A stretch of 64,000 nt of DNA. Source: Candidatus Pampinifervens sinense (GTDB taxonomy: Bacteria; Aquificota; Aquificia; Aquificales; Aquificaceae). The stretch lies in NCBI GenBank assembly GCA_037927135.1, contig JAXSPP010000002.1, positions 64,001-128,000 on the forward strand, read 5' to 3'. The position numbers were made by a program, and so were the translations under genes. The notes beneath the pieces were generated by a model. The model worked only from the letters and a program-made list of their open reading frames with translations. It ran no database searches and was not told where the DNA came from. Of this stretch, positions 39,232-49,339 are shown in pieces; the stretch's first letter is position 1, and every line of letters starts with the position of its first letter.

Positions 39232-41997
39232 TACCTTCCTCAAATACTGGCCTGTGTAAGAGTCTTCCCTTTGGGCTATCTCCTCCGGTGGTCCCACGGC
39301 CACCACATAGCCACCCCTTTCCCCACCCTCCGGCCCAAGGTCTATGATCCAATCTGCACACTTTATCACATCAAGGTTGTGTTCTATGACCACTACCGTA
39401 TTGCCTCTGTCTACTAGCCTTTGCAGTATGTCTATGAGCTTTTTCACATCGTCCATATGGAGGCCTGTGGTAGGCTCGTCTAAAAGGTAAAGGGTCCTCC
39501 CTGTTTCCTTCTTGGAAAGCTCCCTTGCAAGCTTTATCCTTTGAGCCTCTCCACCAGACAAGGTGGTGGCGGGCTGTCCCAGTTTTATGTATCCAAGGCC
39601 TATGTCCTTTAAAAGTTGTAGCTTCCTCCTTATGGTGGGTATATTTTCAAAGAACTCATAAGCTTCGTCCACGGTCATATCAAGCACATCGGCTATGTTT
39701 TTGCCCTTATAAAGAATGTCAAGGGTTTCTCTGTTGTACCTTTTGCCCTTACACACATCGCAAGGCACATAAACAGGTGGCAAAAAGTGCATCTCTACCC
39801 TTATCACACCCTCACCCTGACAGGCTTCGCACCTTCCACCCTTTACGTTAAAAGAAAACCTTCCTGCGTTGTAGCCTCTTGCCCTTGCCTCTGGAGTTTG
39901 GGCAAAGAGGTCCCTTATGTGGTCAAAGACCTTTGTGTAGGTGGCTGGGTTTGACCTTGGAGTCCTTCCTATGGGAGACTGGTCTATGTTTATGACCCTG
40001 TCAAAATGCTCAAGCCCTTCTATCCTATCAAAGCCTTCCACCTCCGCACTGCCTCCATAGAAAAGGGCCCTGCTATACTCCCAAAGGATATCATATATTA
40101 GCGTGGACTTGCCACTGCCGGAAACTCCTGTGATACACACAAAAAGACCAACTGGAATTTCTACCGTAATATTCTTCAGATTATGCTTCCTTGCTCCAAC
40201 TATCCTTAGCCATCTATCCTTTGGCTTTCTTCTTTTTTCTGGCACAGGTATGGAGAGCCTTCCTGAAAGGTAGGCACCAGTAAGGGACCTTTCATCCCTT
40301 AACATATCCTCCACCCTCCCTTGGAAGACCACCTCACCACCCTTTTTACCCGCCCCCGGACCCATATCTATGACCCAGTCTGCGCTCAGAATAGTCTCTG
40401 GGTCATGCTCCACCACTATGACCGTGTTGCCAAGGTCCCTGAGATCCTTCAAGGTCTTTATAAGCTTTTCTGTGTCCCTTGGATGCAAGCCTATAGACGG
40501 CTCATCAAGAACATACAAAACTCCGGTAAGCTTAGAGCCTATCTGTGTTGCAAGCCTTATGCGTTGCATCTCACCACCGGAAAGGGTGGTGGCACTACGT
40601 GCAAGGTTTAGGTAGTCAAGCCCCACGTTTATAAGAAAGCCAAGCCTATCGGATATCTCCTTTATTAGCCTTTCTGCCACTATAAGGCTTTTGCCCTCAA
40701 GCTTGGAAGGAAGACTATCAAAGAACTCCTTTGCCATCCTTATGGGCATGCGTGCCACATCCCATATGCTCTTTCCATCTATAAGAACCGAAAGGGCCTC
40801 AGGCCTTAGCCTTGCACCACCACACTCAGGGCAGGGCTTTTCCCTTATAAACTCCGATATCTCCTCCCTTAACCTCTCCGACTCCTCTTCCAAAAACCTC
40901 CTCTCCAAGTGTTTTACTATTCCTTCAAAATTCCCACCGTCAAGAGAACCACCATAAAGCAAAAAGCTTTTTATTCCGCTTGGTAGGTCCTGCCATGGCG
41001 TCCTTGGGTCATAACCAAGTTTTCTTAGGATGTTCATTATGGGATACCTAAGGTATTCAAAGAAGGGAGAGTCGGTAATCTTTATAGCATCTACTGCCGG
41101 CTCCTTCTCATCTATCAAAAGCTTTACATCCACTTCCCACTTTACACCTAAGCCCTTGCAGGCTGGGCAAGCACCATAAGGAGAATTAAAAGAAAAGAGC
41201 CTTGGGGAAAGCTCTGGAATGGAAAAGCCATGGTCTGGGCATGTAAGCCTCTCGCTAAAGATCTCCTCCTTTTGAGTTTCCACATCCTCTATCTTTAAAA
41301 GACCCTTTGAAAGCTCAAGGGCCTTCTCTATGGCCGTAAGCAGTCTTGCCCTCTCTTCCTCCTCAAGGGTGAGCCTGTCTACGACCAAGTCTATATTATG
41401 CTTTTTGTTTTTGTCCAAGGGTGGCACTTCCAAAATCCTCATATACTCTCCATCCACCTTTACCCTTGAAAAGCCCATTCTATCAAGCTCTTTAAAAAGT
41501 TCTTTAAACTCACCCTTTTTGCCCCTTACCAAGGGAGAAAGCACGCTTATGCGCTTGCCTTTGTATTTCTCCCACACCTTTTCCAGCATCTCATGGGCCG
41601 AAAGGCCCTCAAGCAACCTTCCACACTCAGGACAATGGGGCTTCCCTATGTTTGCCCAAAGGACCCTCATATAGTCATATATCTCCGTTACAGTGCCAAC
41701 GGTGGAACGTGGGTTTTTTGAAGTGGTCTTTTGGTCTATGGCTATGGCTGGGGAGAGGCCTTCTATTATATCCACATCGGGCTTTTCCATAATGCCCAAA
41801 AATTGCCTTGCGTAGGAGGAGAGGGATTCCACATACCTTCTTTGTCCTTCCGCATAGATGGTATCAAAGGCGAGGGAGGATTTGCCAGAGCCAGAAGGTC
41901 CAGTTATGACCACAAGCTTATTCTTTGGTATATCAAGGTTTATGTTTTTGAGGTTGTGCTGACGGGCACCCCTTATGATGATCTTGTCGTACATCAA
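39202..41997 (-). CDS. uvrA: Excinuclease ABC subunit A
   Basis: GARQHNLKN, two Walker A motifs, LSGGE twice, zinc fingers. Confidence 0.98.
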   Translation of the reverse strand: MMYDKIIIRGARQHNLKNINLDIPKNKLVVITGPSGSGKSSLAFDTIYAEGQRRYVESLSSYARQFLGIMEKPDVDIIEGLSPAIAIDQKTTSKNPRSTVGTVTEIYDYMRVLWANIGKPHCPECGRLLEGLSAHEMLEKVWEKYKGKRISVLSPLVRGKKGEFKELFKELDRMGFSRVKVDGEYMRILEVPPLDKNKKHNIDLVVDRLTLEEEERARLLTAIEKALELSKGLLKIEDVETQKEEIFSERLTCPDHGFSIPELSPRLFSFNSPYGACPACKGLGVKWEVDVKLLIDEKEPAVDAIKITDSPFFEYLRYPIMNILRKLGYDPRTPWQDLPSGIKSFLLYGGSLDGGNFEGIVKHLERRFLEEESERLREEISEFIREKPCPECGGARLRPEALSVLIDGKSIWDVARMPIRMAKEFFDSLPSKLEGKSLIVAERLIKEISDRLGFLINVGLDYLNLARSATTLSGGEMQRIRLATQIGSKLTGVLYVLDEPSIGLHPRDTEKLIKTLKDLRDLGNTVIVVEHDPETILSADWVIDMGPGAGKKGGEVVFQGRVEDMLRDERSLTGAYLSGRLSIPVPEKRRKPKDRWLRIVGARKHNLKNITVEIPVGLFVCITGVSGSGKSTLIYDILWEYSRALFYGGSAEVEGFDRIEGLEHFDRVINIDQSPIGRTPRSNPATYTKVFDHIRDLFAQTPEARARGYNAGRFSFNVKGGRCEACQGEGVIRVEMHFLPPVYVPCDVCKGKRYNRETLDILYKGKNIADVLDMTVDEAYEFFENIPTIRRKLQLLKDIGLGYIKLGQPATTLSGGEAQRIKLARELSKKETGRTLYLLDEPTTGLHMDDVKKLIDILQRLVDRGNTVVVIEHNLDVIKCADWIIDLGPEGGERGGYVVAVGPPEEIAQREDSYTGQYLRKVLTEKEKIRA

Positions 41998-42020
41998 GTA
42001 TGTTATAATCTAAGGCAAAG

Positions 42021-42641
42021 ATGGAAAAAATTCAAGAGATAATAAGCAGGCTTGAGAAGGTCTTTCCAGACAAGCTTGAGCTAAACTTTTCAAACCCCCT
42101 TGAACTCCTCGTGGCGGTCATCTTGGCAGCTCAAGAGGCGGACAAAAAGGTAAATGAAGTCACAGAAAGCCTTTTCAAAAAGTATAAAAGCTGTGAGGAC
42201 TACCTTAGGGTTCCTCTGGAAGAACTAGAAAAGGATATAAGCTCCATAAACTACTATAGAAACAAGGCAAAGTATATAAAGTCTGCCTGTCAAAAGATCA
42301 TGGAAGAGTTTGGAGGGAAGGTTCCAGACACCATGGAGGACCTTGTAAAGCTTCCAGGTATAGGAAGAAAAAGCGCCAACATGATTCTTTATAATGCTTT
42401 TAGAAAGAACGAAGGCATAGCAGTAGATAGGCATGTGGCAAGGGTGAGCCAAAGGCTTGGCCTCACTAAAGAAAGCAAGCCAGAGAAGATAGAAAAAGAT
42501 CTCATGGAACAGGTTCCAAGGGAGCTTTGGGGCAAGTTTTCAAACCTTCTCATACTGCTTGGAAGGTATATATGCACGGCTCAAAAGCCAAAGCACTTTG
42601 AATGTCCCTTGTATGACCTCTGTCCCTCCAGGGAGCTATGA
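42021..42641 (+). CDS. nth: Endonuclease III (HhH-GPD glycosylase)
   Basis: [27 protein letters not shown]-terminal Fe-S motif. Confidence 0.9.
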   Translation: MEKIQEIISRLEKVFPDKLELNFSNPLELLVAVILAAQEADKKVNEVTESLFKKYKSCEDYLRVPLEELEKDISSINYYRNKAKYIKSACQKIMEEFGGKVPDTMEDLVKLPGIGRKSANMILYNAFRKNEGIAVDRHVARVSQRLGLTKESKPEKIEKDLMEQVPRELWGKFSNLLILLGRYICTAQKPKHFECPLYDLCPSREL

Positions 42642-43471
42642 TAGGTGTAATTGGTGGAAGTGGCCTATACAAGCTTGAGGGCTTTGAGGTAATAGATAAA
42701 ATCACGGTAAGAACACCCTTTGGAGAGCCTTCCTCTCCTGTGGTGGTGGTAAATGTGGCAAGCAAAAGGGTCCTTTTCCTCTCAAGACATGGAGAAGGCC
42801 ACATATACCCTCCCCATCTTGTCCCGTACAGGGCAAACCTCTGGGCCTTTAGGGAATTGGGTGTAAAGAGGGTAATAGCCATATCAGCGGTAGGTGGCAT
42901 AAACAGAAGACTATCACCGGGAGACTTTGTAGTTATAGATGACCTTTTGGACTTTACAAAGAATAGGAAGGACACCTTTTATGAGGGCAAGTTTTCCATG
43001 CCTGTGGCCGGTGAGGACAAGGTAGCAAGGCTTTTAAAAGAGGGTAAGGTGGTCCATATAGACGCCACCCAGCTCTATTGCCCTCAGATGAGAAGGATTA
43101 TGATTGAAGTGCTTGAGGAGCTAAAGCTTCCCTATCATGCCTCCGGCACCTATGCCTGCACGGAAGGCCCAAGGTTTGAAACGCCTGCGGAGATAAGGAT
43201 GATAGAAAGGCTGGGTGGGGATGTGGTGGGTATGACGGGCTATCCTGAGGTGGTCTTGGCCCGTGAGCTTACCATGTGTTATATGAGCCTTTGTGTGGTG
43301 GCAAACCCGGCGGCTGGCATCGCCGGCTACCGCCTAACGAGCGATGAGGTTATAAACCTGATGAAACAAAAGGAAGAGGAGATAGGAAGGGTTCTTATTG
43401 AGTTTTTAATGAAGCTTCCAGAGGAAAGAGACTGTGGATGCGACAAAATTCTAGAGGGTGCAGAGGTTTAA
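42638..43471 (+). CDS. mtnP: S-methyl-5'-thioadenosine phosphorylase family
   Basis: [29 protein letters not shown]. Confidence 0.88.
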   Translation: MIGVIGGSGLYKLEGFEVIDKITVRTPFGEPSSPVVVVNVASKRVLFLSRHGEGHIYPPHLVPYRANLWAFRELGVKRVIAISAVGGINRRLSPGDFVVIDDLLDFTKNRKDTFYEGKFSMPVAGEDKVARLLKEGKVVHIDATQLYCPQMRRIMIEVLEELKLPYHASGTYACTEGPRFETPAEIRMIERLGGDVVGMTGYPEVVLARELTMCYMSLCVVANPAAGIAGYRLTSDEVINLMKQKEEEIGRVLIEFLMKLPEERDCGCDKILEGAEV

Positions 43472-44376
43472 ACAAGAGCTTCTTGCAAGATTCTGTTTAA
43501 CTCTCCTAAAAAGTTCCTAACGGCAGGGCTTTGTGGCCTATCTTTGCTGTAGATAAGATAGAACTTCCTCACAAGAGGGTCCATTCCATCAACCTTTAAA
43601 ACCTTTACCTCTGGAGGCTTAAACCTTTTTAACACATGAGAGGACAAAAAGGAAACAGCCCTAATATTCCTTAAAGCTTCTATAATAACCTCGTTTTTGT
43701 TTGCCACCAAAACTATATTAAGATTACTTACATCTACACCCATGGACCTTAAAAAGTTCTCCACAAACCTCCTTGTTCCAGAGGTTTCTTCTCTGAGAAG
43801 GAAGGGCAATTTTACAAGCTCCTCCAAGCTTATCCTCTTCTTCACACCCGGACCACCAAGAAAGACTATGTTATCCTCCCATACTTCCTTTACCTCAATC
43901 CTTGGGTCCTCATACTTTACACCCACAAAGCCAAAATCCACCTCCCCAGCCTCAACCTTTCTGATGACTATGTAAGAGTCTTCCACCATAAGGTCTATTT
44001 TTGTATTTGGGTTTTTGTTAATATACCTGCTTATAATGTCTGGCAGAAGGTAGCTTCCCGGTATGGAGCTGGCGCCTATCTTTATATGGCCTTTGTAATA
44101 GCCTGAGACAAGCCTTATCTCTTCTATGATGGATTGCTTTAATTCTACCAACCTTTTTGCATAGGGGTATAGCATATGGGCGTTGCTCGTAGGAAGGTAT
44201 CTTTTTCCTTTTTTATAAAAGAGTTTAAGACCTATTGATTTTTCCAAATTATGCATATGAAAGCTTATGGTGGACTGGGAAAGGTGCAAACAATCTGAAC
44301 TTTTGGATATGCTACCTTTTTCATACACGCAACAGAAGATCTCCAAAAGCCTTAGGTCTATGTCTATTGGTTTCAT
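43468..44376 (-). CDS. LysR-family transcriptional regulator
   Basis: N-terminal [25 protein letters not shown]. Confidence 0.9.
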   Translation of the reverse strand: MKPIDIDLRLLEIFCCVYEKGSISKSSDCLHLSQSTISFHMHNLEKSIGLKLFYKKGKRYLPTSNAHMLYPYAKRLVELKQSIIEEIRLVSGYYKGHIKIGASSIPGSYLLPDIISRYINKNPNTKIDLMVEDSYIVIRKVEAGEVDFGFVGVKYEDPRIEVKEVWEDNIVFLGGPGVKKRISLEELVKLPFLLREETSGTRRFVENFLRSMGVDVSNLNIVLVANKNEVIIEALRNIRAVSFLSSHVLKRFKPPEVKVLKVDGMDPLVRKFYLIYSKDRPQSPAVRNFLGELNRILQEALV

Positions 44377-44438
44377 CTTTTGCTAAAAGGTTAGTTGAAA
44401 ACTTATACATTTCAATGAGTCTTCTCATAGCTTTTTGT

Positions 44439-45395
44439 TTATAGATTCACCTTTTCCTCTATCAAAAAGGGCTTTTCCTCTTTTGTTCGGTAGTATATCC
44501 TTACTAAAAGCTCCGCTATTATGCCTGTAGATATTAGCTGTATGCCAGCCAAAGTAAAAAGCACGCTGAGGATAAGCAAGGGCCTTCGGCCTATATCCTC
44601 ATCCATAAAGAGCTTTATAAAGATAAGGTAAAAGAGCATTAAAAGGCCAAGACTCAAAAGCAAAAAGCCAAAGGTTCCAAAGACATACATGGGCTTGTTT
44701 AGGTATTCGTTTAAAAACTTCACCAAGAATATGTCCAGTATGACCCTTATGGTCCTTCCTATACCATACTTGGACCTGCCATAGATCCTCGGATGATGTC
44801 TTACCGGAATTTCCGTTATCTTTGCTCCAAGCCTTTTAGTGAGGGCTGGCAAAAATCTGTGCATATCTCCATAAAGCTCAAGGCTTTTTACTATGTGGGA
44901 CCTATAGGCCTTTAGGGTGCATCCATAATCGTGGAGTTCCACACCTGTAACCTTTGATATGATCCAGTTGGCTATCATGGAAGGAAGCTTCCTTGAGAAG
45001 AAAGGGTCCTTTCTGTCCTTCCTCCAACCGCTTACAATATCGTAGCCTTCTTCCAGCTTTTCTAAAAGCCTTGGTATGTCCTCCGGGTCGTTCTGTAAGT
45101 CCGCATCCATGGTTATGATGACCTCTCCGCTGGCATGCTGAAAGCCAGCATACATGGCAGCAGTCTGCCCATAGTTTTTCCTAAACCTTATGAGTTTTAC
45201 CCTATTGTCCTCCTTGGCTATAGCCACCAACCTTTCCCATGTGCCATCTGTAGAACCATCATCCACAAAGATTATCTCATACTCCCTATCAAAGCCCTTT
45301 AACACTTCCTTTAGCTTTTGATATAAAAGTGGCACATTCTCCTCTTCGTTATAGGCTGGTATGACTATGGAAAGATATACGCCTTCAGACTTCAT
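44439..45395 (-). CDS. GT2 polyprenol-phosphate glycosyltransferase (ArnC/DPM-like)
   Basis: IPAYNE, VDDGSTD, MDADLQNDP, two C-terminal TMs. Confidence 0.9.
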   Translation of the reverse strand: MKSEGVYLSIVIPAYNEEENVPLLYQKLKEVLKGFDREYEIIFVDDGSTDGTWERLVAIAKEDNRVKLIRFRKNYGQTAAMYAGFQHASGEVIITMDADLQNDPEDIPRLLEKLEEGYDIVSGWRKDRKDPFFSRKLPSMIANWIISKVTGVELHDYGCTLKAYRSHIVKSLELYGDMHRFLPALTKRLGAKITEIPVRHHPRIYGRSKYGIGRTIRVILDIFLVKFLNEYLNKPMYVFGTFGFLLLSLGLLMLFYLIFIKLFMDEDIGRRPLLILSVLFTLAGIQLISTGIIAELLVRIYYRTKEEKPFLIEEKVNL

Positions 45396-46044
45396 ACCTT
45401 CCCTCGGACCTAAGGATTACATAAATGTGCCTTCCCTTTTCCCTTATGTCTTCCACCCTATAGTCGTAGAAGTTTATCCTATGAAGGTCAGAAAGTTGAA
45501 GATCTTTCTCCGCTATATACCTTAGGGTGTAGGCATAATGCTTGGCTGGGTTCATAACCTTTTTGTCCTTCCTGTAATACTCAAAGCTTACCACCTTTTC
45601 CACATTTGAGAAGTCAAAAAGGGAGAGGTATTCCTTTGAAATGAAAGGAAAGACCACCTTACCCTTTAAAAGCCTTGGGGAAACATTTTTTATATGAGGC
45701 TTCCAAAAGTGAAAGAGACTTTTGCCCTCATAAACATCCTTCCAGCCTATGGGTGCATAGGGCACACAGGCCTTTGGCTTTACAAGCCCATAGATAGGAG
45801 ATAGAACATAGGAGTTCTCATTTATATATTCCATGACCTTTGGAGGCATTACCCACATCTCCAAGCTCTCCCAAAAGGGCCCACCAAACCTTCTATAAAG
45901 TGGCGCAATAAAACCATCTTGAGAAAAGGCCTTTTCCAAAAGCCTTGAGAAAGGCTCAAACTCCAAAAGGCTGTAGCCACTATCACAGTCTCTAAGGTTT
46001 ATCCTGTGCTGTCTTTTGCTGTAAGGCAGTAAGAAAAGGAACAT
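45385..46044 (-). CDS. YaaA-like (DUF328) peroxide stress protein
   Basis: LLPYSK, LSPIYGLVKP, FWK, SKEY. Confidence 0.65.
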   Translation of the reverse strand: MFLFLLPYSKRQHRINLRDCDSGYSLLEFEPFSRLLEKAFSQDGFIAPLYRRFGGPFWESLEMWVMPPKVMEYINENSYVLSPIYGLVKPKACVPYAPIGWKDVYEGKSLFHFWKPHIKNVSPRLLKGKVVFPFISKEYLSLFDFSNVEKVVSFEYYRKDKKVMNPAKHYAYTLRYIAEKDLQLSDLHRINFYDYRVEDIREKGRHIYVILRSEGRYEV

Positions 46045-46061
46045 GTCTAAAATTATAAAGC

Positions 46062-46811
46062 ATGAAGCTAAAAAAACATTTAGGACAGCATCTGCTTGTG
46101 GCTCCTGGTGTTTTGGACCGAATAGCTCAGCTTATTGACCCAAGGGAGGGAGAGGTTTTGGTGGAGATAGGTCCAGGAACGGGAAACCTTACAAAAAGGG
46201 TTCTTGCATATCCTTTTAAGGAACTCCACCTTTTGGAGATAGACCAAGATATGGTAAGAAGCTTAAGGGAAAGCATAAAGGACCCAAGGGTAGTTATCCA
46301 TGAGGCGGACGCAGTAAGCTTTGATTTTTGCAGTCTTGGAGAAAATCTCAAGGTTTTTGGAAATTTGCCCTACAATGTGGCAAGCCTCATAGTTGAAAAC
46401 ACCGTCTTTCATCACCGATGCATACCTCAAGCGATCTATATGCTTCAAAAGGAGGTGGCCGAAAAGATACAAAAGGGACCCTCTTGGCTTTCTACCTTTG
46501 TGAGAACCTTTTACAAAGTGGAATACCTTATGAGCATACCAAGTAGGTTTTTCTATCCAAAGCCCAAGGTGCAATCCGGCCTTATAAGGCTTACAAGAAA
46601 GGAAGAGTTGCCAGAGATTGACCTAAAGGACTATAAGAACTTCTTGACAAGGCTATACTCCATGAGAAGGAAGGCTATAAAGCATAAGCTTCCTGAAGAG
46701 GTTTTGCGTGAGCTCTCCATAGATCCACTGTGCAGGGTAGATGCCCTTGATCCAGAGAAGCTCCTTTTGATTTATAATATCCAGCAAAAGGTGAGAGGTG
46801 ATAAGAGATGA
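46062..46811 (+). CDS. rsmA: 16S rRNA m6,2A dimethyltransferase
   Basis: LGQHLL, EIGPGTG, GNLPYNV, MLQKEVA, PKPKVQS. Confidence 0.95.
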   Translation: MKLKKHLGQHLLVAPGVLDRIAQLIDPREGEVLVEIGPGTGNLTKRVLAYPFKELHLLEIDQDMVRSLRESIKDPRVVIHEADAVSFDFCSLGENLKVFGNLPYNVASLIVENTVFHHRCIPQAIYMLQKEVAEKIQKGPSWLSTFVRTFYKVEYLMSIPSRFFYPKPKVQSGLIRLTRKEELPEIDLKDYKNFLTRLYSMRRKAIKHKLPEEVLRELSIDPLCRVDALDPEKLLLIYNIQQKVRGDKR

Positions 46812-47650
46812 TGGACACCTTTTTTATTGAAAGGGATCCTTACGCTCCTATCAGGCATTGCTACCCTATAAGCAACATACTTTACTATGGAAAGAGTGAA
46901 TACCAGGAGATCATGGTTCTGGAATCTCCTCACTTTGGAAGGATCCTTGTCCTTGATGGTGTGGCCCAGTGCGACGAAAGATACGAGTTTATATACCACG
47001 AGTATATGGCCCATGTGCCCCTTTATGCCCATCCAAACCCTGAAAATGTCCTTATAATAGGCGGTGGTGATGGTGGAGTTTTAAGAGAGGTTCTAAAGCA
47101 TCCAGAGGTAAAAAGGGCTGTCCTTGTAGATATAGATAAGGAAGTTATTGAAGTTTCAAAGAGGTTTTTGCCCACTATGGCCTCTGCCTTTGAGGATCCA
47201 AGGGCCATTGTGCTTAACGAGGACGGCTATAAATACATACAAGATTATGAAAACGAGTTTGATGTGATTATAGTGGATTCTACAGACCCTGTGGGTTTTG
47301 CCCATGTGCTAACAACAGAGGAGTTCTTCAGGTATGTCTATAGAGCCCTCAAGGAGGATGGTATCTATGTAGGGCAAACGGAATCTATCCATTACCACCT
47401 TGAAATAGTAAGGAGGATACAAAGGGCTCTTAAAAAGATATTCCCCATAGTGGACCTATACACCGCCGTAATACCCGGCTATGCTGGATACTGGTGGACC
47501 ATGTCCATAGCTTCAAAGAAGTATCCTGTGAGGGAGCCATCAAGGCCTGTAAAGGTTCAGACAAAGCTCTATTCAGAGGATATGCACAGATACGCCTTTT
47601 TGCCCCAAAGCTTCTATGAAAAGCTCATATCGGGAGAATACGTCTTTTAG
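46808..47650 (+). CDS. speE: Polyamine aminopropyltransferase (spermidine synthase)
   Basis: YHEY, IGGGDGG, DVIIVDSTDP. Confidence 0.93.
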   Translation: MMDTFFIERDPYAPIRHCYPISNILYYGKSEYQEIMVLESPHFGRILVLDGVAQCDERYEFIYHEYMAHVPLYAHPNPENVLIIGGGDGGVLREVLKHPEVKRAVLVDIDKEVIEVSKRFLPTMASAFEDPRAIVLNEDGYKYIQDYENEFDVIIVDSTDPVGFAHVLTTEEFFRYVYRALKEDGIYVGQTESIHYHLEIVRRIQRALKKIFPIVDLYTAVIPGYAGYWWTMSIASKKYPVREPSRPVKVQTKLYSEDMHRYAFLPQSFYEKLISGEYVF

Positions 47651-48087
47651 TATTTTGCTGTAATATAATCCGCTACAGTGGTAGCCGCAACAGACCTTGG
47701 CTTTACCACAGGTTTTAGTCCTTGGGCTAATACATAGCCTATGGCCTCTTTGAGTATTACGCTGGAGTTGTGTTCTGGGTTTGGGTTTATATCAAGGTGG
47801 ACCTCAAAGGGCCTTTGGCCTACCACCTCCGATATCTCAAGGGCAAGATATACCGCCCTGCTTACCTCCTCTAAAAGCCTCTGTCTGAGGGACCTTATGC
47901 GGGGCACCCTATCCACCTTCCAAAAGATCTTGGCACCCCTGCAGGAGTCTATATGGACCACCACTACGGAGACAAATACAGTGTGGTCTTTTACCTGCCT
48001 TGAATCACAGCCCACATAAACAGCAGTCTTTGGAGATGTATTTTTTATATACTCCTTTACCTCCTCTATATCCTTTATTAGGGGCAT
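47647..48087 (-). CDS. RNase H-like YkuK (DUF458) family protein
   Basis: YVGCDS, LRQRLLEE, EVHLDIN, VKP.S.AA..VAD. Confidence 0.82.
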   Translation of the reverse strand: MPLIKDIEEVKEYIKNTSPKTAVYVGCDSRQVKDHTVFVSVVVVHIDSCRGAKIFWKVDRVPRIRSLRQRLLEEVSRAVYLALEISEVVGQRPFEVHLDINPNPEHNSSVILKEAIGYVLAQGLKPVVKPRSVAATTVADYITAKY

Positions 48088-48135
48088 GGGAATATTTTAA
48101 AGCTACTAAGGACCACAAGGATTAAATTAGTTTTT

Positions 48136-48327
48136 GTGGAGGATGTTTTTACGACTTTTCTGTCCTATGTGATTGTAGGCCTTGTCCTTTCTGTTGTATT
48201 TGCCTTACTCCTTATAATATTCTCTCCAGCAATACAAGCCTTTATCGTTCTCCTTACCACCATATACATCTTAATAGTTAAACCTCTTATAAGGCTTATT
48301 GTAAAACCTTTCAGAAAAGTGGTTTAA
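48136..48327 (+). CDS. Small hydrophobic hypothetical protein
   Basis: 63 aa, GTG start, one or two TM stretches, basic tail. Confidence 0.45.
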   Translation: MEDVFTTFLSYVIVGLVLSVVFALLLIIFSPAIQAFIVLLTTIYILIVKPLIRLIVKPFRKVV

Positions 48328-48330
48328 AGC

Positions 48331-48428
48331 AGGCTTGGCATAAGAACAACTCCCCTTTTATAAGCATGAATGGAGAGGTCTTAGAAGGAGGGCCATCGGA
48401 AGAGGACTTAAACAAACTCATAGATTAG
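48331..48428 (+). pseudogene. C-terminal remnant of a DsbA/DsbC-like thioredoxin-fold gene
   Basis: RLGIRTTP then a frameshift to FISMNGEVLEGGPSEEDLNKLID-stop; resembles the cis-Pro GTP..NG tail. Confidence 0.4.
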
Positions 48429-48443
48429 CCTATATTTATCCCT

Positions 48444-48953
48444 ATGAGGACCATAAGCAAAGAACAGCTAAAAGAACTCTACGATAAGGATTTTCCACTG
48501 TGGGTAGAGATTAACTTAGAACTCCTTAGAGAAAAGGCTTATGATTTGGTAGATTGGGAGAATCTCTTAGAGGAGATAGAGGATATGGCAAGGTCAGAAC
48601 TAAGGGCATGCAGGAGCCACCTTGCAAGGATTTTAGAACACCTATACAAGTGGGACCACTTCAGAAGGCTAACAAAAGCTGGAGAAGAAAAAGGAGGACT
48701 TAGCTGGATAATAACTGTAGAGCTTGCAAGGAAAGAAATAGAATACCTTTTTGAGGAGTATCCAAGCCTACGGGCTAAACTACCCAAAGAACTAGAGCTT
48801 GCATGGAAAGAAGCTTCTCTTAGGCTAATGAAGTGGCTTGCAAAGATTGGAGAAGACCCAAAGGACTACCACATTCCAGAAAAATGTCCCTACACCTACG
48901 AAGAGGCTATGACAAGAGATTTAAGAAAGGAGATGGAAAGGCTTAGAGAGTAG
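48444..48953 (+). CDS. DUF29 family protein
   Basis: LYDKDFPLW, DWENLLEEIEDM, HLYKW, PSL, PEKCPYT. Confidence 0.9.
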   Translation: MRTISKEQLKELYDKDFPLWVEINLELLREKAYDLVDWENLLEEIEDMARSELRACRSHLARILEHLYKWDHFRRLTKAGEEKGGLSWIITVELARKEIEYLFEEYPSLRAKLPKELELAWKEASLRLMKWLAKIGEDPKDYHIPEKCPYTYEEAMTRDLRKEMERLRE

Positions 48954-48975
48954 TTTCTTCCTCTTTTATATTCCA

Positions 48976-49071
48976 CTTTACATCCCACATAGTTCAGATA
49001 AAACGAGTTCTTTGCGAATGCTCCTTATAAATTGTTCTTATCCTTTACATCCCACACAGTTCAGATAAAAC
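48976..49071 (-). CRISPR. Orphan CRISPR mini-array: two 29-bp repeats and one 38-bp spacer
   Basis: Repeats 48976-49004 and 49043-49071 (minus strand GTTTTATCTGAACTRTGTGGGATGTAAAG, one mismatch); spacer 49005-49042. Confidence 0.85.
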
Positions 49072-49300
49072 CCAACACCTACCACCTAAAGCTAATATAG
49101 ATAATACACCAATTTTAGGCATCTGTCAAGTAGTTCAAGTGGGGTTATTTTTCCGCGAACCTCCAGTTGGGAATTGAGAATTTTTCGCAAATAGGCTTCT
49201 AAGTCTTGATATATCTTATCCAGAAGGCTATGAACCCAAAAGGTAGGTTCGCGGATGATTAAGAGATGATAAAGTAAGTTTTTGTGTTTTTGTCTCAAAG
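49072..49300 (-). promoter_or_regulatory. CRISPR leader with sigma70 promoter
   Basis: Minus strand TTGACA (49129-49124), 17 bp, TATTAT (49106-49101); 11-bp inverted repeat TCCGCGAACCT at 49152-49162 / 49245-49255. Confidence 0.7.
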
Positions 49301-49339
49301 AGTTTTGGCACGCATTGTAGTTATGAGATAATTTTATGC

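Noticed and set aside
48900-48975. Third degenerate CRISPR repeat
   Set aside because: No repeat-like sequence one spacer length beyond the distal repeat
49092-49298. 68-aa minus-strand ORF
   Set aside because: TTG start, no motif, coincides with the CRISPR leader and promoter
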